A DNA stretch of 64,000 nt, taken from a virus (Duplodnaviria > Caudoviricetes). Shown here one piece after another: positions 46,881 through 55,822 of the stretch. Each line of letters begins with the position of its first letter. The first letter of the stretch is position 1. The position numbers and the translations under genes were made by a program. The stretch covers positions 32,001 to 96,000 of IMG/VR virus record IMGVR_UViG_3300031993_000010, one strand, 5' to 3'. Under the pieces are notes generated by a model, which worked only from the letters and a program-made list of their open reading frames with translations, did no database searches and was not told the DNA's origin.

Positions 46881-47715
46881 ATCACCGTTAAGATATCCAG
46901 GTGGGAAGTCGAGGGCAGCCGAATGGCTTGTATCCTTCTTTCCTGAGTTTGAGGAATACAGGGAACCGTTTCTTGGTGGTGGTTCGGTGTTTATAAAGGC
47001 AAAACAGACATATCCCCCCATCGGAATAATAAACAACAAAGCCTTCTACAGAAAGTATTGGATTAATGACCTGTACTATGATTTGTATTGTTTCTGGTGC
47101 GCCGTCCAATGCCAGCCTGCATTTCTGAAGCATTATATTGAAATATGGAGGGAACAATATCCCAACGGAAAGGAACTGTACAAATACCTCACCGAGAATC
47201 TGTTTATGTTCAGTGGGATAGAACGTGCGGCTGCCTTTTTCATATTGAACAGGATAACATTTTCAGGCACAAGCCTGAGTGGTGGCTACAGCCAACAGGC
47301 ATTCGAGAAACGTTTCACCGAGTCAAGCATCAAGCGATTTACGGATATTGTGCCTTTGATGAACATGACGAACATCACCAACTTGGACTATTCCAAACTG
47401 TTGGAAGAGGATGGTGAGAATGTTTTCATATTTATGGACCCACCGTATCACAGTGCGACAAAGTCAGCCCTCTATGGAAAAAACGGTGAACTGCACATAG
47501 GTTTCGACCATGAGCGTTTCGCCGAGGAGGTGAAGAAGTGCAAGCACAAGTGGATGATAACGTATGACGACTGCGAGTACACAAGGGAACTGTTCAAGGA
47601 CTATCAGATAACACCGTTTGAACTCATGTATGGAATGCGCAATGTCACCAAGGGAAACGAGATGAAAGGAAAAGAAATATTGATAACAAACTATAAAATA
47701 GAAGAAAAGTGTTAG
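46867..47715 (+). CDS. Dam-family (D12) DNA adenine methyltransferase
   Basis: LRYPGGKS, EPFLGGGSV, INDL, DPPY. Confidence 0.92.
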   Translation: MAKIKSPLRYPGGKSRAAEWLVSFFPEFEEYREPFLGGGSVFIKAKQTYPPIGIINNKAFYRKYWINDLYYDLYCFWCAVQCQPAFLKHYIEIWREQYPNGKELYKYLTENLFMFSGIERAAAFFILNRITFSGTSLSGGYSQQAFEKRFTESSIKRFTDIVPLMNMTNITNLDYSKLLEEDGENVFIFMDPPYHSATKSALYGKNGELHIGFDHERFAEEVKKCKHKWMITYDDCEYTRELFKDYQITPFELMYGMRNVTKGNEMKGKEILITNYKIEEKC

Positions 47716-48500
47716 AAATAAACAAGATATATAACAAAGACTGTGTGGTCGGATTAAAAGAAGTTGATAGCAATTCGGTTGATTTGGTTGTCACTTCTCC
47801 GCCCTATGACGACATGAGGCAGTACAACGGTGCAATCTCCAATTGGAATGAAGATGCATTCAAAAACACAGCAAAGGAACTGTACAAGGTGATGAAGGTG
47901 GGTGGTGTTGTTGTATGGGTTGTCGGTGACAAAACCAAGAACGGTAGTGAGACAGGGACATCGTTCAGACAGGCTTTGTATTTCATGGAGTGCGGGTTTC
48001 TTCTCAATGACACCATGATTTTTGCTAAAAAGAATCCCATGCCTGAGGTACGGCAACCGAGATATGCACAGGAGTTTGAATACATGTTTGTTTTTTCAAA
48101 AGGCAAACCGAAAACCTTCAACCCTATTATGGTGCCGACCAAATGCGGTGGACAGGTGTACAATTCCACCTGTAAGAACATTGACGGTGAAAGCGGAAGA
48201 ACAAAGAAAAACTTTGTAATCAATTCAGAGAAAGTTCACGGCAACATATTTGAGATTGCGGTGGCAAGGAACCAAGGTGAAAAGAAACACCCTGCCGTCT
48301 TTCCCGAGGAGTTGGCTGACATACATGTGAAGACTTGGAGTAACGAGGGGGATTTGGTGCTTGACCCGTTCATGGGCAGTGGAACCACAGCGGTTTCGGC
48401 AATAAAAAACAAGCGGAACTATATCGGTTTCGATGTAAATGGGGAATATTGTGAGATGGCGAGGGATAGAATTGAACAGACTGTCAAAATGCAACGTTAG
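47709..48500 (+). CDS. DNA N4-cytosine/N6-adenine methyltransferase (beta class), GTG start
   Basis: VTSPPY, HPAVFP, VLDPFMGSGTT; N-terminus nearly identical to 46122. Confidence 0.92.
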   Translation: MLEINKIYNKDCVVGLKEVDSNSVDLVVTSPPYDDMRQYNGAISNWNEDAFKNTAKELYKVMKVGGVVVWVVGDKTKNGSETGTSFRQALYFMECGFLLNDTMIFAKKNPMPEVRQPRYAQEFEYMFVFSKGKPKTFNPIMVPTKCGGQVYNSTCKNIDGESGRTKKNFVINSEKVHGNIFEIAVARNQGEKKHPAVFPEELADIHVKTWSNEGDLVLDPFMGSGTTAVSAIKNKRNYIGFDVNGEYCEMARDRIEQTVKMQR

Positions 48501-48511
48501 CATATTTATTA

Positions 48512-49351
48512 ATGATGGTCTGCGAATATATAACAATAAAAAAGAACGGTGTTGAACTTTTTACCCTTGACGGTGTGAAAAGCGGTGACATATTGACAGT
48601 GACCGTAAGGGAGTCACTGACCCCTGGTTATGAATTTGACGAGTGGCAGGATGAAAACGGGGTTCGGATAGAACCGCAGCCACAGAGAATTGAAGGTGAG
48701 GGTGACCCGACTTTTAATATTATCATTCATTGTGGATGGACATACAATGCGGCATTCCGTGTCAAGCCGATTGAATATTACAGCGTTGTCCTACACAGCA
48801 GCGACACAGACCTTGGACGTGTTGAGGGTGGTGGATTGTATGAGGAAGGCGACACCGTTGTTATCAGGGCGATAGCAAATAACAGTTGCTGTACCGAATT
48901 TTTGGGTTGGTACGAGAACGATGTCTTGTTGTCGTCGGAAGCGACATATGTGTTCAACTCATTGGATTCCTACCACAACTGTGAGGCAAGGTTTGAACAG
49001 ATTGTCATTACATACAATGTCGGCATTGTTGGATGTTCCCCTGAACTTGTTGAGATAACGGCAAACCAAGACGATTATGTGTGTGGTGATACAGCCGTTT
49101 TCACAATAACGGACTATGACGACGAACATCTTATATTCGACGGATGGTACGTGAACGGTGAACCCGTGGTTCCACCCAACAGCGGTTCGGGAAGTGAACC
49201 CCTTGAGTACAGTTTTGTCGTAGACTGCGACACCAAGGATGATGCCATCGAAGCGCATTTCACCCCGATAGTGCCACCTCAGCAGTATAATATAAACCTG
49301 TATTTCGACCTTGGTGAAATTAACCCGTTTAACGTTGAAATATTTGAATAA
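48512..49351 (+). CDS. InlB-B/Flg_new_2-like repeat virion protein, paralogue of 9220 and 11750
   Basis: GYEFDEW, LGRVEGGGLYEEGDTV, CCTEFLGW; ATATTTAT at 48502-48509. Confidence 0.7.
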   Translation: MMVCEYITIKKNGVELFTLDGVKSGDILTVTVRESLTPGYEFDEWQDENGVRIEPQPQRIEGEGDPTFNIIIHCGWTYNAAFRVKPIEYYSVVLHSSDTDLGRVEGGGLYEEGDTVVIRAIANNSCCTEFLGWYENDVLLSSEATYVFNSLDSYHNCEARFEQIVITYNVGIVGCSPELVEITANQDDYVCGDTAVFTITDYDDEHLIFDGWYVNGEPVVPPNSGSGSEPLEYSFVVDCDTKDDAIEAHFTPIVPPQQYNINLYFDLGEINPFNVEIFE

Positions 49352-49372
49352 CAGTCTTAAGCAAGAGTCCCC

Positions 49373-50212
49373 ATGTCAATAATATATTACAACAACCCTG
49401 CCGTAACGTTCAGTGAACCTGATGGAGAATACCAAATCCGTATAGAAGCCAACAGGCATTACCTTATTTCGGGTGTTGAGACGACAGATGACTATCCGTC
49501 CGCATCGGCTGAATGGACCGCAGTGGAGACAACGGGGGAAGGTGAAGGTGTGGGAGTTCTTAACGAGGGCAAATACAGTATGGTTGATGTGCCTGTTGAG
49601 GTTAGTGGCGGTAATTTGAACTACAGGGTGATATCGTCACCCGAATCATTTGCTGTCATATTGTATCGGAACTATTCCGACAGTGACTACACAAATATCA
49701 ACAAGTACACCGACCATGACGTGAACCACATTTCCAAACCCAATATAACGGTTCAAACGCACACATTTGTTTATATGTTTGACGATGTTACGATACAATA
49801 CCCATCCGAAAGCGGATGGGCAATCCCGTCAGGGTACAATACGTTCCTTGGGTGGAATAGACAGTGTGACGGTTCAGGGGAATGGATGACTAATTTGACA
49901 AATGTGACTCAAGACATAGAATTGTACGCAATATACAGTCTAACAATTAACCCGCCGTCAATAAGATATAAGCCGGATGATACCCACAAGTATTTTGAAA
50001 TGAGACCAAATAATGATGATTTGCAAGGAGTATTAATTTATTATAGATGGGATGTGGATGCACAGGATTCAAGATATGAAGGCCCGACACTGATACCGGC
50101 GGGGGCAAACAAGGTTACAATGTGGTGTGCATATAATGACGTTAATAGCAATTCCTTAACAGTCTACATAGATGGTAATCCTCAGTTGTCCGAACAATGG
50201 TATCCCTTATGA
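49373..50212 (+). CDS. Ig-like protein (InlB-B repeat plus chitobiase/Fn3-associated-like C-terminal domain)
   Basis: TFLGWN...ELYAIY; PPSI...IYYRWD...YEGP. Confidence 0.6.
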   Translation: MSIIYYNNPAVTFSEPDGEYQIRIEANRHYLISGVETTDDYPSASAEWTAVETTGEGEGVGVLNEGKYSMVDVPVEVSGGNLNYRVISSPESFAVILYRNYSDSDYTNINKYTDHDVNHISKPNITVQTHTFVYMFDDVTIQYPSESGWAIPSGYNTFLGWNRQCDGSGEWMTNLTNVTQDIELYAIYSLTINPPSIRYKPDDTHKYFEMRPNNDDLQGVLIYYRWDVDAQDSRYEGPTLIPAGANKVTMWCAYNDVNSNSLTVYIDGNPQLSEQWYPL

Positions 50213-50237
50213 CATTAACAATATTTAACAAAAAAAA

Positions 50238-50276
50238 TTTGACTGACCGTAAAACAAGTGTTATCTTTGCAAACGT
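50238..50276 (+). promoter_or_regulatory. Class A promoter TTTG-N20-TATCTTTG-CAAACGT
   Basis: Bacteroides consensus. Confidence 0.8.
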
Positions 50277-50298
50277 TAATCAATATAATGTCTGCAAA

Positions 50299-51072
50299 AT
50301 GAGATACCAAGGAAGCAAGGCAAGACTTGCCAATAGCATTATCCCGATTATTACCAAGAACCTCTATAGTACGGACAAACTGTTCGTTGACCTGTTCGCA
50401 GGTGGAATGAACCTTGTTGACAAGGTTGACCATCCGTACAAGGCAGCTTGTGACATCAACAAATACGTCATAGAACTGTGGCGTGAACTGAAGGAGAACG
50501 GTGATAAAAATATACCCCAATATGTAACGTTTGAGGACTATCAGAAAGCCAAACAGCAGGTTCTGTATGAGGGTGAGGCTGTTTTCTCGAATGCAGAGTT
50601 GGGTTTTATAGGTCCGTGCTGTTCATACGGCGGCGGTTGGTTCAACGGGTATGCAAGATTTAACCCGAAGAAGAATGAAGACCACGTAAAGGAAGCACGT
50701 TCTGCCCTGCATAAGCAGGTGGAGAACTTCAAGCATCTTTCCGATACACGTTTCTATATAATGGACTATCAGAATCTTGAGATGAATTTCGACAAGGAAC
50801 AGATTGACAACATGGTCATATACTGTGACCCTCCATACAGCGAGACAAAGAAATACATTTCCGACTTTGACAACCAAGCGTTTTGGGATTGGGTACGGCG
50901 GATGTGCAAGACCTATAAGTGCGAGATATATGTCTCGGAATACAATGCGCCACCTGATTTTAAGTGCGTTTGGGAGAAAAAGCGGCCCGACGGCATGGGC
51001 ACATCCAAGACAGGTGAAAGGCAAAAGGTAAAAACGGAAAAACTATTTGTATATGATGAAGACATACAGTAA
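50299..51072 (+). CDS. Dam-family DNA adenine methyltransferase
   Basis: MRYQGSK, DLFAGG, YCDPPY, VSEY; ATG 50299 lies downstream of the class A promoter. Confidence 0.9.
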   Translation: MRYQGSKARLANSIIPIITKNLYSTDKLFVDLFAGGMNLVDKVDHPYKAACDINKYVIELWRELKENGDKNIPQYVTFEDYQKAKQQVLYEGEAVFSNAELGFIGPCCSYGGGWFNGYARFNPKKNEDHVKEARSALHKQVENFKHLSDTRFYIMDYQNLEMNFDKEQIDNMVIYCDPPYSETKKYISDFDNQAFWDWVRRMCKTYKCEIYVSEYNAPPDFKCVWEKKRPDGMGTSKTGERQKVKTEKLFVYDEDIQ

Positions 51073-51736
51073 AATTTTGGCGCATATTCCTCATTCATCC
51101 ATACAGGACTACGGTTACGGATGGGTTAGTTTGGCATTGATGTTTCCTCAGGTCAAGCAGTTAACCGATTGGCATACTGAGTTACTTTTCAACTCAAGCA
51201 ACCCCAAGGTTGAGGCAATGGTTTTTCCACATTCACGCTTCTATCTTGACGTGGAGCGCCTTGAAAATGACCCAATGGAGAATATCGGACAGGGAAAGGT
51301 ATACACGGAATACGACGGTTTCAAACGCAGTAACCTCACCCCTGAAGACATTGATAAATTAAACAATCTCTATCACGAATGGAAACAACTGTGTGCAGAC
51401 AAGGTCTCAGAGGACACCCTTGTCATTGACTGTCATTCGTTCGCTTCTTCAGTGTCTCCGAACATTGACGTGTGTATCGGGTTCAATGAGGATAATTCCA
51501 AGCCAAGTGACGAGGTCATAGACTTCATCATAAACGAATTCAAAATGCGTGGGCTTCGGGTGGGGGTGAATGAACCTTATTCCAATTCAATAGTTTTTGG
51601 AAAGGGACACCATTCAATAATGATTGAGTTGAACAAATCCATATATATGAATGAAGATACTCTTTTAATGCACCCAAATTCCTATAAGTTAGGTAATACA
51701 ATCCAAGGAATATACAACAGACTTTTGGGTGAATAG
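51053..51736 (+). CDS. N-formylglutamate amidohydrolase-like protein
   Basis: HIPHSS, TDWHT, SRFYLDVER, IDCHSF, NEPYS, IMIELNK. Confidence 0.85.
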   Translation: MMKTYSKILAHIPHSSIQDYGYGWVSLALMFPQVKQLTDWHTELLFNSSNPKVEAMVFPHSRFYLDVERLENDPMENIGQGKVYTEYDGFKRSNLTPEDIDKLNNLYHEWKQLCADKVSEDTLVIDCHSFASSVSPNIDVCIGFNEDNSKPSDEVIDFIINEFKMRGLRVGVNEPYSNSIVFGKGHHSIMIELNKSIYMNEDTLLMHPNSYKLGNTIQGIYNRLLGE

Positions 51737-51767
51737 ACTATTTATTGTAAAAGAATCAATTAAAACA

Positions 51768-52379
51768 ATGGATATAAAGCCTATATATGAAAATGCAGTC
51801 AGTTTTCATGACTTGTTTGAAAACAATATTGTATCGGAAGATGATGACAATAAAAGCCAAGAGGTGCACAATCTGATGACCGACCCTAAGAATTGGATTG
51901 TGAATGATTACGATGGATTTGTGGACAGTCTCAATAAGAGTACCCGAAGTGGGTTCCTCACACATTATACTCCTGAAAAATTGAAAGAATTAGGTGCAAC
52001 AACCTATCAGCTTAACGGATACAATATAGGATATGCGTTGATACCGACGAAAGAAGGTGAGGTGGATATAGTCTCTGTCCATAACAACGAACCCGACATA
52101 CATAATGTGGGTGATGTCATGCTCAAAAATGCAGTCAAGAACGGCGGTACACAGTTGGACCATTTCGACGGCAAACTGTCTGATTTTTATTCCAGAAACG
52201 GATTTGTTGAACATGACCGCCTGAAGTGGGACGATAAATACGCCCCTGAAGATTGGGATTACGAAAAATACGGTCGTCCTGACGTTATAGTGAGAAGGAA
52301 CTATCAGGCACAAGTGAATGAATGGGTATCTAAACAGAAATCCGTAACCGAGATGATAGAGAAATTCTATCAGAAATAA
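51768..52379 (+). CDS. GNAT-fold acetyltransferase (polyvalent-protein type) with cleavable-looking termini
   Basis: DIVSVHNN...GGTQLDHFDG.LSDFYSRNGF; CTATTTAT at 51738-51745; LFE/VSE at the N-terminus and VNE at the C-terminus. Confidence 0.65.
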   Translation: MDIKPIYENAVSFHDLFENNIVSEDDDNKSQEVHNLMTDPKNWIVNDYDGFVDSLNKSTRSGFLTHYTPEKLKELGATTYQLNGYNIGYALIPTKEGEVDIVSVHNNEPDIHNVGDVMLKNAVKNGGTQLDHFDGKLSDFYSRNGFVEHDRLKWDDKYAPEDWDYEKYGRPDVIVRRNYQAQVNEWVSKQKSVTEMIEKFYQK

Positions 52380-52389
52380 AATAAATTAT

Positions 52390-52782
52390 ATGGCAAAAGC
52401 AACAAGAGTCTGCAAGACTGTCACCCCAATGAGTGGTGACAATGTCTTCGATGTTTCCAGACCAAACATACTTTCCAACCCCTTCACCCACATCAAGGAT
52501 AAGAAGACGCTTGCAAAGCGTGTCGTCAAGGACAGGGAGACTGCAATAGCGCTTTATGAGAAGTACTTTGACGAGATGGTGTCCAAGGAAGGTGGTTTCA
52601 AGAAGGAGTTCGACAGGATGTACGAGGCGTTCAAGTCGAACGACGAGATATTTGTCATGTGCTACTGTAAGTTGGATGAAGCCTGCCATGGAGACATAAT
52701 CATCAAAAAACTGCAGAACAGGTTGGTGAAGGAGAAACTTGATGAAATAACTAAAAGAAAGGATTGCCCGCAAGAGCCTTGA
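52390..52782 (+). CDS. DUF4326-family protein
   Basis: RPNILSNPF...RETAIALYEKY...CYCK..ACHGDII. Confidence 0.8.
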   Translation: MAKATRVCKTVTPMSGDNVFDVSRPNILSNPFTHIKDKKTLAKRVVKDRETAIALYEKYFDEMVSKEGGFKKEFDRMYEAFKSNDEIFVMCYCKLDEACHGDIIIKKLQNRLVKEKLDEITKRKDCPQEP

Positions 52783-53059
52783 TAGTTTCTTCAACCTCAG
52801 TACAGGTGTCTTGGAATGAAAACACCTCCTCGGGTGAAAGTTCAAACCATTCGTTCAGGACACGTCTGTTGGCGAACCTTGTATGCAGCATTTTCTCCAT
52901 CTTGAACGGTCTCTTTGAGGGAAAGTATGAGACAACATGCAACTCGTTTCCGTTCCCCGTTTGGAGTTTCTTGATACGCTTTTCAATACTACCCCTTGTT
53001 ACACCTATCTTGTAGTACTCGGTTGCCGCATCACAAATCAGATAGACATATCCTCCCAT
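52751..53059 (-). CDS. GIY-YIG superfamily (T5orf172/MUG113-like) nuclease domain protein
   Basis: GYVYLI...YKIGVT...RIKKLQTGN...EKMLH...EWF. Confidence 0.85.
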   Translation of the reverse strand: MGGYVYLICDAATEYYKIGVTRGSIEKRIKKLQTGNGNELHVVSYFPSKRPFKMEKMLHTRFANRRVLNEWFELSPEEVFSFQDTCTEVEETIKALAGNPFF

Positions 53060-53083
53060 TTAAGATTTTTTTAGTATATTTAT

Positions 53084-53121
53084 TTTGTCTATTCGGAAAA
53101 AGTTCTTATCTTTGCAAACGT
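53084..53121 (+). promoter_or_regulatory. Class A promoter TTTG-N19-TATCTTTG-CAAACGT
   Basis: Bacteroides consensus. Confidence 0.8.
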
Positions 53122-53148
53122 AACATATAAATATAGTTTCTAAACACT

Positions 53149-53352
53149 ATGGTTTACAAGCAGATTTGTCCAATTCACCATTTCAGGTACAGCGGAAGCA
53201 GGTGCCCCGTATGCGAAAGCGAACGCATCAAGAACATGGAACGCCGTCTCATGAAAAAGAAAGAAAACGAAAGTGAACCGACAGAAGAAACAGTGGACGA
53301 GGAACTTGATTGGTCTGCACTGTCGGACAAGTTTAACATAAAGACAAAATAG
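53149..53352 (+). CDS. Small zinc-finger protein
   Basis: CPIH...CPVC. Confidence 0.6.
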   Translation: MVYKQICPIHHFRYSGSRCPVCESERIKNMERRLMKKKENESEPTEETVDEELDWSALSDKFNIKTK

Positions 53353-53355
53353 GAT

Positions 53356-53712
53356 ATGAACAAGGAAACATTTGTAAAACTGATGAACGTGCTCGAGAAG
53401 CATTACAAGAAGGACACAGAACTTATCAACCTTCTCGAACGGGATATGAAGAAATGCGACAGGGGTGACGAACTGTTTCCCTTCAACGGTGAATTTCTCA
53501 GGAACGGAAAACTTTATGATGACCTCATCAAAACCATACAGGAAGCGGTTGGCGACACCTCTGAATGGATAACATATTACATATGGGAACTTGATTGGGG
53601 TGTCAAAAACAGGATGGACACGCCTGACAGATACTGTGTCACCGATAAGGACGGCAAGGATGTGCCCATTTCAACTCCCGAGGAACTGTATGACTGCATA
53701 AAGAATGTTTAA
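53356..53712 (+). CDS. Hypothetical phage protein
   Basis: WITYYIWELDWG...ISTPEELYD motif common in phages. Confidence 0.6.
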   Translation: MNKETFVKLMNVLEKHYKKDTELINLLERDMKKCDRGDELFPFNGEFLRNGKLYDDLIKTIQEAVGDTSEWITYYIWELDWGVKNRMDTPDRYCVTDKDGKDVPISTPEELYDCIKNV

Positions 53713-53731
53713 TGTAAAACAAAGAAAGAAT

Positions 53732-54001
53732 ATGAAAAAACTTCACATTTTCTTGATTTTAATTTGCATAGCTTTGGTAATAACAATGGTGGTGACATGT
53801 ATAATAAGCATCAACAAACAAGCAAAATCCCAAGATAACCAATCGGCAGACCATATCCAAAGCATGATATTGGTTGAAACGTTCAACAATGGATATACCA
53901 AGATATACGAGGAACCCGTCACGGGCACAAGGTACTTGGTGAACTATCACGGCGGTATCTGCCCCATATACAACCCCGATGGTACAATACATAAATTCTA
54001 A
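53732..54001 (+). CDS. Membrane-anchored DUF6440-like protein
   Basis: N-terminal TM; TGTRYL...GGICPIYNPDG. Confidence 0.6.
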   Translation: MKKLHIFLILICIALVITMVVTCIISINKQAKSQDNQSADHIQSMILVETFNNGYTKIYEEPVTGTRYLVNYHGGICPIYNPDGTIHKF

Positions 54002-54006
54002 ACGAT

Positions 54007-54258
54007 ATGTTGATACAGTTAGAGGATGACGAGTCTTATTATTTCAACCCGAAGTATGTGTCTGACATGTATTCATATACACATAAAGACAATAACCGTG
54101 GCACAACATTTTTCCGAATCGAGTTGAGAACGGCACAAGACAGGAGTTATACCTTCTCTTGGACGAATAAAAAGGAAAGAGATGCGGAATATGCCAAAAT
54201 GGTAAGGGCTGTCGAGGAATACAACACTGAAAACAAAGAAAACAACGATTGTGATTAA
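54007..54258 (+). CDS. Hypothetical protein
   Basis: ORF in the gene run. Confidence 0.5.
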   Translation: MLIQLEDDESYYFNPKYVSDMYSYTHKDNNRGTTFFRIELRTAQDRSYTFSWTNKKERDAEYAKMVRAVEEYNTENKENNDCD

Positions 54259-54270
54259 ATTAAATAGAAT

Positions 54271-54342
54271 ATGAAAAAATACACATTTGAAGATATAGAG
54301 AAAGAAGGATTGGTACTGTATCGATTCTATCGTGAGTTATAA
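54271..54342 (+). pseudogene. Orphaned 5' end of the nucleotidyltransferase gene (23 codons)
   Basis: MKKYTFEDIEKEGLVLYRFYREL* aligns residue for residue with MKKYGFKEIEDLGLLLYRYVRGS at 55803. Confidence 0.8.
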
Positions 54343-54418
54343 AAGGGGTATTAAATTTTATGGAATTTGAAGTTGCATATATTTATATTAATAATAAGGG
54401 ATAAAAATAATATAATAT

Positions 54419-55822
54419 ATGCTAAAAAGAAAAAAAGGTTATTGGACAATAGAACGTGCAATTGAAGAATCTAAGAAGTATCAGCATCGTTCAGATTTTA
54501 AAAAGGGTTCTAATCGAGCATATGAAGTTTTGAAAAAAAATGGGTTGCTGGATAAATTCTGTTCGCACATGTCCAAAAAAGATGTCATAAAAAAATGGAA
54601 TAAAGAAGCGTGTATCGAAGCCGCCAAACAATGTAAGACCAAAAGTGAATTTAGTAAGCGTTTTAATGGTGCTTATGTAATATCCAAACGAAAGGGGTGG
54701 TTTGATGAGTTGGTACAATATTTTACACCTGTCGGTTCCAGATACAAAAGATGTATTTATGCTTGTGAGTTTCCAGATAAACATGCTTATATCGGTTTAA
54801 CTTATGACATAAATAAAAGAATAAAACAGCATTTCAAGAATAAGGATAGCGCGATATATCAGTATATACAAACGACCAAATTAACCCCAATATTCAAGCA
54901 AATAACTGAATATATTGATTATGGCGATGCTGCTATAAGAGAGGGTGAGATTTTGGATGAATATAAGAATAATGGATGGGTAATGTTAAATAGATGCCCA
55001 ACAGGTGGGCTTGGCTCAACAGATGAAGAAATAATAAGAAAGTGGACAAGAGAAAGGTGTATTGAAACGGCGAAACAATGCAGTTCTTATACCGAATTTA
55101 ATGAAAAGTATGCCGGTGCTGTGAATTATATGGTGCGTCATAACCTTTTAGATGAAATTAAAGAAATACTTCCACCGTGTCGTGCTACACGTCACAAATG
55201 GACAGAAGAAACTGCGTTAGATGAATGTAGGAAATATGAAACGTTGGCTGAATTTCAGAATCAATCTCCGGGCGCTTATGTTTTTTTATTAAAACACGGA
55301 CTTCATGAAAAAATGCGTGAAGGGAAAAAAATTTTACAAAGAGATAAATGGACATTTGAAGAAGCGAGAGTGGAAGCGTTAAAATATAAAACAAAAAAGG
55401 AATTTAAAGAACATGCAAGTGGATGTTATCAGGTTTCGGATAGACACGGGTGGTTAAAGGAAATCACCAAACATATGGAACCATCGGTTAAACCTAAATA
55501 CACAGAAGAAATTGTTATAAATACATTACATAAGTTTTCAAGAATGGGGGAGTTAAAAAATAATAAAGACCCTTTAGTAAGAGGAGTGTATTGGTGGTTA
55601 AAAACAAAAAGAAAATTAATTGAATACAAAAAATATTTACATGGAGACCCATTACTTTCTAAAAGGGTTTCGTGGACAAATGAACTCATTCTAGATGATG
55701 TTAAAAAACACAAAACATACACTGATTATTATTATAATGGGCGAAGTTATCAGTATTCAAAATCACATGGATTAATAGAATTAATTAAAAAATACTATAA
55801 AGATGAAGAAGTATGGTTTTAA
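54419..55822 (+). mobile_element. Free-standing GIY-YIG homing endonuclease with seven ~45-aa helical repeats
   Basis: CIYACEF...AYIGLT...RIKQH...E...LN; visibly AT-richer than flanks; ATATTTAT at 54379-54386; flanked by the duplicated start of its target gene. Confidence 0.85.

Noticed and set aside
49349-49372. Programmed stop-codon readthrough joining 48512 and 49373
   Set aside because: Two in-frame TAA codons would both need suppression, and the downstream ORF has its own ATG.
46122-53059. Complete restriction-modification system
   Set aside because: No recognisable restriction endonuclease is adjacent to the MTases; the small GIY-YIG at 52751 is of the T5orf172 type and is not linked to them.
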